Source of the DNA: Octopus sinensis
Lineage: Eukaryota
Assembly (NCBI RefSeq): GCF_006345805.1
Contig: NC_043003.1
Location: forward strand, 69,998,001 to 70,062,000
Length of the DNA: 64,000 nucleotides
Direction: 5' to 3'
The position numbers and the translations under genes were made by a program. This document shows positions 1 through 11,250 of the stretch, one piece after another. Below the pieces are notes generated by a model that made no database searches, had not been told where the DNA came from, and was given only the letters and a program-made list of their open reading frames with translations. Numbering within the stretch: the first letter of the stretch is position 1; each line of letters opens with the position of its first letter.

Positions 1-145
1 TTGTTACCAGTTCAAATATATTTGGGGGACATATTCAAAGTTATGAGAAAGTCATTCTCTGTATTTTGTGAATGAGAAAAGAGATTGAATGGTTTTTTTT
101 TTTATGAGTTTGAATACGCTTCAAGCATATTTGAACTGGTAACAA
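1..145. repeat. Inverted-repeat (MITE-like) structure at the window edge
   Basis: 1-19 ttgttaccagttcaaatat is the exact reverse complement of 127-145; imperfect pairing continues inward (tattcaaa). Confidence 0.6.
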
Positions 146-809
146 GTTTATATTTATATCTTAACACTTTCACTTCATAAAATTCTACTTAATGCTGTCA
201 TTAATTCTAAAGAATTCCAAATTCAGTGTATGAAAAACAATATTTGAGGATAATATTTACGTTCTCTGCTGACAAACTGATATAGGCATGTCTGGATTTT
301 GATGCAATGGACTGTGAAGAACTACTGAAATAGTTGATCGATCCCAAAAGCGCTGATGTAGGGAAGGCTTGATACCAGCCTGTCTGGTGTGAGGATAGTT
401 GCTGGCAAAATAAACTGCCGATTTGAAAAATTCATGTTTGAGTCACTGGGGTATCACAAATACAACAATGAGGTACCAACTACAAGATCATTAAATCATT
501 TCTCATGAAATGGTAATTTATAGTTCTGATGGCAATGAGACTTTTTGTTTCATTTAATCCTTTTTTTTTTTTTTTTTTTTTTTGAAATAGCAAAAAAACA
601 TTCTCTAGAATTGTCTGTTAAAATGGTTTTCATGAACTCTGCTCCTTAATAACTACTGGATTACATTGAAAGAATGTGCTAATTTTACAGATGGAGAACC
701 AACATCTAGTTTTCATGTCTAGCTCCAGAAATTTGGATTCCTCTAATTTGTTTACTCTTGAAAACCAATGTTTTAATAAGGCAAAAAAAAAGCAAAACAA
801 ACAAAAACT

Positions 810-1092
810 GGGTTGTGGGTTCAATACCTGGCAGTGCATTGTATACTTGAGCAAAACATTTTATTTCACATTGCTCTCCAGTCACCCTCAACTGGCAAAA
901 ATGAGTTGTACCTGTAATTCAAAAGGGGCCATCCTTGTCACATTCTGTGTTATGCTAGATCTCCCTGAGAACTCTATTAAGGGTATACATGTCTGTGGAG
1001 TGCTCAGCCACTTGCACGTTAATTTCATGAGCAGACTGTTCCATTGATCAGATCAACTGGAACCCTCATCGTCATAACCAACAGAGTGCCAG
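810..1092 (+). mobile_element. tRNA-derived SINE, family D (CORE-like middle); other copies ~15705-16008 (+), ~37021-37336 (-), ~58210-58550 (-, different tail)
   Basis: Shared ...ttgctccagtccactcagctggcaaaaatgagttgtacctg...gagaactacgttaaggg...gagtgccag across copies. Confidence 0.8.
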
Positions 1093-1859
1093 GTATCTTA
1101 CAACAAATAGTTTTAACACTTCTGTGGCAATTCTACTTCTTTTAAAAAAAAAAGCAACTTTTGTTATCCGTGTCAATCTGACTTTCCCACACAATACAAC
1201 ATCAAGCTTGCGTTTTACTGAAGCTGAGAAATTGATTTAAAACCTTACTACCTGTCACTGTTTGATAGGTATCAATGTAGGTTACATACTTAAAAAAAAA
1301 AATAACCTTATTTCCTCTATCTAATCTACTAATCTCAACATTATCTAATCCAGTTATCATCATCTTCAATATAAATATTAGTGTTATTGCATTAGCCTGG
1401 AAGTTAGGTTCACTATGTTCATTTTTTTTTCTTCCATTAGTGTTTTGTGGTTTTTACTTGCAACTAATCAACCAACAAGATTTCTTTTTTCGCTCTTGTT
1501 TTTTTTTTTCCCGCCTCTCAGAGGATACTCTTTAGTAGTTTTTGAATATCATTTCGGCCTTTGATTTTTTTTTTTTTTAGAAAATGTATAAATCTTTTTT
1601 TTATCATAATATTTGTGTGTTTGCAAACTCCATTAGCTTTGTAAGATTAACAAGTTGCCTCTATCCTCACTTTTATGTTTCAAGAGATTTCTGTTGTATT
1701 TGTGAATGTACTTAGATGAAATATCTTAACTTGTGTGTATTGGATAATGGATGTCTTTTGAGCCAAATGTTCAGCTTTTTGATGTCCATTTTAAATTGTG
1801 TAGCAACCAGTTTGTATGACAAACAACAGAACATAATTACTAAATTTTACATATAACAT

Positions 1860-2300
1860 AGGCATAGATGTGACTGCGGTTAAGAAATTTGCTTCTCAGC
1901 TGTGTGGTTTTGAGTTCAGTCCTCCTGAGGGGCACCTTGGGCAAGTATCTTCTGCTATAGTCCCAGGCCAACCAAAGCTTTGTGAGTGGATTTGATAGAT
2001 GGAAGCTGAAAGAAGCCTGTTGTGTGTGTGTGTCTGTCTGTCTATGTGTGTGTGTATGTTTGACTCCTTGACTTCACATTGTGGGATTGTTGTAGGTGAA
2101 TGTCATTGTCAAACAGGCAGTGTCATTCCTTTCCAGTATTCTGCTAAAAAAGAAAATGTTTGAACATGGAGAAATATTACTTTGCTTGGAAACAAGTTTG
2201 GGGTTGGCAACAGGAAGGATATCCAGCTGCAGAAAATTTACCTCCATAAACTCTGCTTGACCTGTTCAAGCATGGAAAAGTGGACTTCAATACGATGATG
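1860..2300 (+). mobile_element. SINE family A2 (A head + (TG)n + RTE-type tail ending (GAT)n); similar copies ~4885-5255, 10170-10505, 13035-13485, 60160-60525 (+) and tail parts ~9405-9640, 27190-27450, 38170-38400 (-)
   Basis: Head gggttcagtcccactg...ggcaagtgtcttctactatagcc...gtgagtggatttggtagacggaaactgaaagaagcc; tail aagggcatccagc...caagcatggaaaagtggacgttaaatgatg. Confidence 0.8.
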
Positions 2301-3338
2301 TGGACAAGTGAGATAAAAACAAAATAGGTAAACTAAAGGTAGTGACTACCAAATTGTGTTGGTTATCCACCGCAGTAACATAAGCAAAACAAGCAATTGG
2401 TAAAAATATCAATTGGATTTCCCAACCTATTTGTACAATGTGATTCACAATAGGATAACCTTGTGCAAAGTTTAAGATTCTAAATCCTTACTGTTTCTAC
2501 CATCATCATCATCATCATTTAACCTCTGCTTTCCATGCTGGCATGCATTGAACAGTTTGACTAGGAGCTGGCAAGCTGGGGGGGGGGGGCTCTACCAGGC
2601 TCCAATTGTCTATTTTGGCATGGTTTCTACAGCTGGATGCCCTTCCTAACATCAACCACTTTACAAAGTTTACTGGGTGCTTTTTATGTGGCACCAACAT
2701 GGGAGCTTTTTTACATAGTGCCAGCACCGGTGCTTTATATGTGGTTTTATTGTTTGTTTATTGCAGTTTTAAGATTAAACGATCTGTGTTATTCACATAA
2801 AATGTTTAACGGTGGAATATTTTCTTTTATTCGTGATACAAACTGATAATCCTGTTAACAATATTGTATAAATGGAGAAGTCCTTCTGAAATGAAGTGCA
2901 TATTCATGGAAATTGTATTATCACTGAGGCACAGGCATGGCTGTATGGTTAAGAAGCTCACTTAGCAACCACATGGTTTTGTATTTGGTCCCACTACATG
3001 ACATCTTAGGCAAGTGTCTTCTACTATAACCCTAGCTCGATCAATGCCTAGTGAGTGAGGTTCGTAGGTGGAAACTGTGTGTTGGTTCTGTTTGTGTGTG
3101 TGTGACACCACTTGACAACCGTTGTTGGTTTGTCTACGTCTACGTTCGAGAAAAGAGACCAGTAGAATTAGAAGCAAACTTTGAAAAAAAAAAACAAAAA
3201 AACAAATACTGGGATCAATCTATTTGACTAAACCCATCAAGATGGTGCCCCAGCATGGCCGCCTTCAAGTGAATGAAACATGTAAAAGACAAACAATCTA
3301 GTTTACTTGTTTTTTTATTAGATGTTTATTTCTCAAGT

Positions 3339-3343
<5 letters not shown>

Positions 3344-3381
<38 letters not shown>

Positions 3382-3400
3382 ACACACCACACACACACAC
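3344..3400. repeat. (CA)n microsatellite
   Basis: Direct reading. Confidence 0.95.
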
Positions 3401-4212
3401 ACTATATATATATCTCTGTTCCATTCTCCATGTTTCTAATATTGTGCTGACATCCTTCTGAGTATATGGTAAGCTGCTAATCTCTTTCATTTCTCTGTTC
3501 TTCAGAAGTTTGAAGAAGATATTATCAGCCAACCGGACTTCTGTTTTGTTACTGCACACTAATTTTCTTCTCCGACATATTACACAAAGCAAAAAAGCAA
3601 AAATAAAGAAAGAAAAAAATTATCACATTTAGCACCCTCTTGGGAAAATGAAGATTTCTTTGATAATTCTCTTCCATAATTGAAAATGTTATTTTTTCTT
3701 GTGTGTAATCTTGTTCTTAAAATTGGAGAATAATTCTGCAGATAACGCCTGATACATGTGTACACATCCATACACCATACACACATGCATTTAGGCTAAA
3801 AAATATATTTTTTGGAAAAAAAAAATATGCAAAAAGAATTCTTTTGATTTTTGAAAATGTGGTAAAAAAAAAATGTCTCATAATTTATTATGTAAATTCT
3901 GCAAGAACTAAATTTTTGATAGAATAAAAATTACTGAAATACCTCAGGCAGGCTGTCTTTAATAATATCCTTTTTCTAATATAATTAATTCTTCCTGTGG
4001 TGCCATTTAAGAGTTGCCATTATTTCACAGAAGTGTTTCATTGCTTCTGACATAAACTTCTGCTGTGGAATGGGACTGTTACCGTAAGTGCTTCATATGT
4101 GGTTACAAATCCACAAATGGTTTATGCTTAGCACATGGTTGATTCAATCTCTTTAATAATCTTCCACCTGATCCTCCCTATTATATATATAATAATGATA
4201 GTAATAATAATG

Positions 4213-4576
4213 ACAAGAGCACCCGGAGAGCGCAAACCTTAGCCAAGGTAACGCCAACGTCCTCTCAATGTTTAGCCGGAGATGATTCTTAAAATGAGAA
4301 TATCTGGAATAAACTCAACTGCTCTCGCAAACATGAATACTAAAAATGAACCTGACCGCTCTCAAAAATTAAGTAAAAAATGGAAAAATAAAATAATCCA
4401 GAATCCTTGTCTGGTACCGGATCGGTCCCAAAATCTAATCAGTTCATGCCAGTCATGAGGCTAAACATCCCTGAAAGTTTCCTTCGAATCCATCCAACGG
4501 TTCTTGAGATATCTTGTCCATGGACAAACAAACAAACACAACTGAAAACAATACCTCCACCTTCGCTAAGGCAGAG
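4213..4576 (+). mobile_element. Helentron-associated (HINE/DINE-1-like) non-autonomous element
   Basis: 5' acaagagcac...aaaccttagcc, internal (ACAA)n, 3' hairpin ctccacctt-cgct-aaggcagag (4555-4576) whose mismatches fit CpG decay; architecture-based call. Confidence 0.5.
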
Positions 4577-6099
4577 TGCAGGGATGTAAACACACCAACA
4601 CTGGTTGTCAAGCGACAATGGGGGACAAACAGATACACACACACACGCACACACACACATGATAGTCTTCTTTCAGTTTCTGTCTACCAAATCCATTCAT
4701 GAGGCTTCGGTCAGCTTGAGGCCATAGTAGGAGATACTTGCCCAAGGTGCTACACAGTGGGACTGAACCCAGAACCATGTGGTTACATATTTACTTCTTA
4801 ACCACACAGAGCAGGCACAGCTACATGGCTAGGAAACCTGCTCCCCATCTAGTTTTGTTTTCTGGCCCCACTTAATTATGACAGACAGTTTTAGGTGTGG
4901 CTGTGTGGTTTGCTTCCCAACTGTATGGTTCCAGGTTCACTGCATGGCACCTTGAGCAAATGTCTTTTAATATGGTTTTGGCTTGACCAAAGCCTTGTGA
5001 GTGAATTTCATCCACAGAAAGTGAAAGAAACTCATGTGTGTGTGTGTGTGTCCTTGTCTTGACATCATGTGATGATTGCAAATAAGTATCACTGTTGTTT
5101 GTTTCCAGTCCTCAATGAGAAACATGTCTGACTGCAAGGAATTATTACCTTGTCTGGAAGCAGGTTAGGTTTGCCAATAGAAAGGGCATCTGGCCATAGA
5201 AAATCCGTCTCAGCAAAACTTTGTCTGATCCATGCTGGCATGAAAAGGAGGACATATTAGAGAACAAATGTGTGCATTTTACATTATGAAATATTTAATA
5301 ACTCTATAAAGTTGACCTTATGATTAAACAGCTGCTTCTTTCGTTTATATGTTTAATATATTGTAAATCCAGTCAAGATATATCTAAATGCTGCTGTTTA
5401 GACAGCATAATACCTTCTCCTATTTTAATATTTTCATATTCTCTGTAGCAGCTGAAAGTAATTGCTTGTATAGAACAAAATATTTTCATAGCAACTCAAA
5501 GAAATAAATATAAATCTATAAAACCTCTCTTTAATCAAGCTGTAAAGTTTGATATATGTTATTCAAATTCCAGAAACATTTGGGAATAATTTCTTGCTCT
5601 TACTAGTTGTATTTAAATGAAGTTTATTTGGTGTACATGGCTTATAAGTTATGTTATGTCTAACCTTATATTAAAATTATTAAAATGCTATTATAACTGA
5701 ATATTTATAAGATGGGCTCTTAGTTCATGGTTCAGAGGATTGGGATTTATTACGAATATTCTTTGCTGTTTTTGTTCTAATTGTTCAAACGACCTCAAAT
5801 CCGGTATTTAAGATTGGTATATTATTGTACCTTGGTACAGGTGTTGCTGTGCAGCTAAGAAGCTTGCTTTGCAACTAGATGGCTTCAGGCTCAGTTCCCC
5901 TGTATGACATCTTGGGCATCTTGTACTATGACTTTCAACTGACTAATGTGTTGTGGGTGATACACATTTACCACTTTAAAATGCAGCACATTTGCTGGTC
6001 TAAGTAACAACATGCGGTCATGGAGGCCACAAACTGGTCTGGTTGTTGTAGATTAGATTTCAACAGTTGGTGATTGGACAGCGATTCTGTTGTTCAAGC

Positions 6100-6350
6100 G
6101 ATGAAATAAGTGATGATTGATGAAGCATCTGAGTGCAGAGTAGATTATGGATTAACGAAGGAAATGCTGCATCTTCTTTTGGTAGTAAGAAGACATTCTT
6201 TATGTAAATATCAAATCATAATGCTGCTTGGTATCAGGAGTTTGATGTATGACAGTGAAATATGGGGAGCGAAGTCAAAAGGTTTGCAAGTACTGGAGAG
6301 GAATGGGTAACGCATCAGTAATATGACTCAGCATGTGCGAATGATTAGGT
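6100..6350 (+). mobile_element. Decayed RTE-type LINE ORF2 fragment
   Basis: IRSLMYDSEIWGAKSKGLQVLERNG resembles the RTE post-RT motif VxSxLxYGSETWxxxxxxxxxLExxE. Confidence 0.45.
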
Positions 6351-6516
6351 ATTGTCAAAAGGAGGCTGTGTGTGTGTGGTGGGGGGTGACAATGATGGTG
6401 ATGTATGTTGGATGAAGTACTGTTAGGTGGTGGTGGTGGTAGTAGTAGTAGTAGTAAAGATACACAAAAGAGATACAAGTGAAAGAAAAACACTGAGATG
6501 GTATCAATTAAATTAG

Positions 6517-7127
6517 CCCTTTAGCATTTAGATCACTCTGTCAAATGTAATGCTTAATCATTCACATTGTTTCCAATTAATCCTGTTCAAGAGGAATATC
6601 AACAATATTCGCTTGTAACTCTGTTCATTTTTTTATGTGTAGACTTGAAATTTTGTCAGTAGCTGTTTAAATACCAATGATTTACAGGAATATGTATTGG
6701 CATTTTAATATTTTTGAATGGTGTTCTGAAGATCTTCACTTTTTTTTAAAAGGAAAATATTAGAAACCTCTATATCTGACCTATTTAAAGACAAATCTTT
6801 GTTATTTTCTTTCAGTTTCTTCCACAATTTTGAAGCCTTTGAATATAAATTCTTCCAAGTTAGAATCACTACTTTCTGAACCCGTATCAGTGATTATAAA
6901 AATATAAATCACCACTTCAAGTGACAAAAAGAAATGTGTTGCCAAAAATTTCACAGTTGCATTTAGGTAGAAAAGGCTTTACCTCGAAAATATGAGATTT
7001 TAATGGTGTGATTGTTTAGTTTTAGAATGATATTGGAGGGTTAGTGTGAAAGGCCAGATCTGGCTGGTTTGAACAAAAAATGGGTAGAATATTTGAGCTG
7101 GATGTGGCCGGTTTAAATGATAAAGAG
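6517..7127 (+). mobile_element. piggyBac-type MITE (CCCTTTAGCATT family) with ~390-bp internal insertion, flanked by TTAG
   Basis: ttag|ccctttagcattt...aaatgataaagag|ttag; both ends match the compact copy at 63116-63331. Confidence 0.6.
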
Positions 7128-10100
7128 TTAGATCTTTAAAAGTTAACTTCACAGTGGAAACCATTTAGAATTGGAGAAGGATTGAGATTGGCTTCAGTTT
7201 CTAATTAAAATACAGATTTGGGTTTTATGGATGATGAATCTAAAATAAAACGCTTTTTTAAAAAAATAATTGATAATTATTGATTCCTTCCACCCCCTTT
7301 TTTAGTTGCATTTAGGCTTTATAGGGTGAAACAGACTATTTTTTTCTTTCTGCCAAATTTAGGAAAATACATGATGCAAATAACCACCTGGGAAGAGAAT
7401 CTTAAGTCCCAATTTTTGGCGTTGTGAAATTACTCTTATATTTCAAATTCAATTTGTTTCCATTCTTTATTCTATTTTGAGCAATGTACAAATCTATGAT
7501 ATTGAATAGTTATGGATAAACTATTATTGTTTCTATCAATTATTGTTTCTATGAAATCTAAAGAATCAATGTGATTTGTCGTTGGGTAGTTGTTGTCGTT
7601 TAACCCCAGGTCAACCCTGATCAAGTGGATATATCTTTGATCTTCTTGTTTTATTCATTGGATTGTGGCCACGCTGGCGCATCACCTTGAAGGGTATGGC
7701 TGAATAAATTGACACCAGTACTAATTTTTTTTAAAGTCTGGTACTTAGTCAATCAATCTTTTTTGCTGAATCACCGAATTCTGAGGATGGAGACAAACTA
7801 GCTCTTGTCAAGTGATGGCAAGTGGGGTGCACAAAGATCCCCACTACTCATAGGCTTCCCAACAGTTTCCATTTACTAAATTCACTTACAAGGTACTGGA
7901 TCAGTTCTAGGCTATAAATATAGTAGAAGACACTTGCTGAAGGTGCCGTGCTGTAGAACTGAACCGGAATTCCCTAGGTTGCAAAGTCAAGCTTCTTCAG
8001 TTATTTTCATTATTACTGTCATCAAGAATGCACAATTCTGTGTCATCTGTAACAAAATTGAGAGGTTTTCTCTTAGACTTAAAATTGTACTCTCAAAGTT
8101 ACTAATAATGATTCTAAAACGTGTTTTGATTGGTTAATATACCAAGTTTCTTTGGCAACTAAATACATAAAACAATCGATTCAATGTTTTTTCTGACATA
8201 AATTATCTAGCAAGAAGTGCTTAAGGAGCAAAGAATGGTGAACCAGTGATGTATATATATATCTTTTTTTTTTTTTTTTTTTTTTGTCTAAATCTAATAT
8301 TTTCATAGACAAGCTAACGGCAAACCAAAGAAAATACACCTACATGTTGTTCTGAAAAATAATCAATCAGATGAAGAACATGGGATTTGCTGTCAGTTAA
8401 ATTGATAGGATTTGGGGGGAAAGAATTTCTACAGCCTCTATGGCATGTTGCCAGTGTTTATCTTCCCAATTTTATTATGATCGGCATTCACAATTTTATT
8501 CCTACTTTGTACAATTTGTGAAAAGTACAAATCTTCTTTAGTGTTGTGATTCATTTCGGAATATTTCTCTGAGCTGTTGAATTAGTATGTTGAATTATGT
8601 ATGTGTATGTTGGAAGTGGTGTTCAGCGGCTGGTTGGATTTCTCTTTATGAAAGAACATTCTGTTTTCTAGTGGAATAACCTTTCTAGAAAAACATCTGC
8701 ACTAACAATATGCACCAGCATGGGAAAATAGATGCAATCTCATACTGCCATATTCCTTTCCTTTTTTTTTTTTGTTTGTTTTCCTTTTCTCTTTTTCTAT
8801 TCTCTTATTAACTCTCAATAAACCTTTATCTGCATCAGAGAGCTGCAGAGAAACTGTATTTCATTATTTTTACCACAATTATTTTGGAAAAAAAATGATT
8901 TGCTGTAAATATCTTTCCAACTGCAATGTGTGCGTGTGTGTTGAGCTTAGCATAATTTTATCTTTCTAAAATCTCTTTGCATCTGTAATTTATATTTTTA
9001 TTTTAAATAATATGTCAGCTGTTGGTAAGAGTAATTCATTCTATTTTCATTTGATTAAAAAGGGAAAAAATGCTGCACAAGGTGAAATTATTGATATTTC
9101 TCTTTTTGTCTTATTTTTCTATTAGTCAAATATGATTTTCAAGTGTTGAAATTATAAAAATTATGTATCACTGGCTGTTTCAAAAAAACGACATGTTTCG
9201 TTTATGCCAATCTTTTTTTCTATGGTGTTTTCTATGCTTGTGTCTTTTCTTCCTGAAATTTCTGTTTTCACTTCACCAGTGAGTTTGACTGACAGCAGCT
9301 TTTATTACTTCATCTCTTGTCATGAATCATTCACCATGAACAGCAGTTGCATAACTCCTACGGTTTAATCAATGGTTTTTCTTCATGCTTAAATGAGGAT
9401 CATCATCATCAGCAAGCAGTAACATCATCATTGTTTTAACATCCACTCTTCCATGCTTGCATGGGTCAGATGGAATTTGTTGAGGCAGATTTTTCTACAG
9501 CTGGATGCCCTTCCTGTTGCCAACCTTTGCCTATTTTCATGCAAAGTAACATTTCCTCCATGACCAGACATGGTTTTCATGGAAGATCGGCAACAATGTA
9601 CACTGCTTGCATAACAGTGAAACCTGCTTACGACTACCACATGGAGTATCTTTTACTTGTTTCAGTCATTGGACTGTGGCCATGCTGGGGCACAATCTTG
9701 AAGGGTTTTAATCAAACTCCAGGACTTTTTTTAAAGTCTGGTACTTATTCTATCAGTTTCATTTGCTGAACCAATACATAACCAACACACACACAGCAGG
9801 CTTCCACACAGTTTCTGGCCAACATATTAAAGAACAGCAGTAGCTCAACATGTCATGTATGTAAACAACAAAATGAAACCATTGACCATGTTGTCTCCAT
9901 GTGCAGCCTTCATGCACCTATATAGTATTTCAACTGGTATGATAGAGCAGCACAGTATATTCACTGGGTAATTTGTAAAAACATGGATCTGCCCCATGAG
10001 TAACACTCACACACGCACATGCACACATACGATTTCTTTCAGTTTCTGTCTGCCAAAGTCACTCAAGGCTTTAGTCAACCTGGGGCTATAGTAGAAGACA

Positions 10101-10830
10101 TTTGCCCAAGGTGCCCGGACCCATGTGATGGGGAAGTCATTTTCTTACCACACTACTTACTTTCGATGTCTTCTACTATAGCCCCAGGCCAATCAAAACC
10201 TTATGAGTGGATTTAGTAATTGGAAACTGAAAGAAGCCTGTTGTGTGTATGTCAGTGTGTGTGTTTTAGTGTCTCCTTTTCTAGATATAGTTGTAAATGA
10301 GATTCACCATCATATAAGTTGTGTCCTTTATTTCCAGTCTTTCATGAAAACATGTCTGACCAAAAGGAAGTATTACCTTATTTGCCAACATGTAAAGTGT
10401 TGGTGATAGAAAGAGCATCCAGCTGTTGAAAATGTACCTCAACAAATTCTGTTCAGTCCATGCAAACAAGGAAAAGTGGATGTTAAGATGATGATGATGA
10501 TGACACAAAAACCTCCCTTGTCACTCTCGCTATCTGGTATGCAATGAACCTGTGATTGGCCATTGATAAACTTCTAATCAATAAGGCTATTCTTCATCAG
10601 TTGCAATACAAAACTAAAATAAATTTGATTTGTTACCTTTGTAATATTGATTTTTCTATCATCTAATTAGTCTAAACATAGTGTGTTATTAAAAAAATTA
10701 TTATTATTGCATTATTTTCAATAATTAATTATAAATTTCTATTCTAGAATATAAAAAATGAAAATGTTTAACTTCAGTAAGAGTACAATTTTAGATACAA
10801 TTTTTTTGGGGTGGGTTATTATTAGTAGAG

Positions 10831-10903
10831 TATTATTATTATCATCATCGTCATTATTATTATCATTATTATTATCATTATTATTATTATTATTATTATT
10901 ATT
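10831..10903. repeat. (TTA/TCA)n microsatellite
   Basis: Direct reading. Confidence 0.9.
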
Positions 10904-11030
10904 AAGGCAGCAAGCTGGCAGAATTATTAGCATGCCAGCATGCTTAGCAGTATTTCATCTGTTGCTGTAATGAGTTCAAATTCCACTGAGGTCAACTTTG
11001 CTTTTCATCCTTTCAGGGTTGGTAAATTAA

Positions 11031-11074
11031 GTATTAACTCCAAGATTCCAAGTTCGATTCCAGGCAGTGAGCTA

Positions 11075-11106
<32 letters not shown>

Positions 11107-11250
11107 CATAGAAAAACACCTTAGGAATGAGAACCCAGGTTCGAAATTTCCCCAAGACACCTGATGAAGGCTGGAGAGTATATCAGCCAAAACATTGTGT
11201 CAACAACAAGCAAGATAAGGACAAATATCTGTCAAATGTAAATAATGTAC
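11031..11250 (+). mobile_element. tRNA-head/hammerhead SINE-like element, copy 1 (5'-truncated, directly after a family B SINE)
   Basis: B box GTTCGATTCC, (AAT)n, then ttaggaatgagaacccagg...aaatgtaaataatgta shared with 31683-31970 and 53228-53686. Confidence 0.75.
11156..11201 (+). ncRNA. Degenerate minimal type I hammerhead ribozyme (G12>A, ACGT>ACAT)
   Basis: GACAC-CTGATGA-A-GGCTG-gagagtatat-CAGCC-AAAACATT-GTGTC; stems I and II fully complementary. Confidence 0.6.

Noticed and set aside
3469-3505. GTAAG, CTAAT, polypyrimidine tract and CAG within 37 nt
   Set aside because: Very short for an intron, with no credible flanking exons; likely chance.
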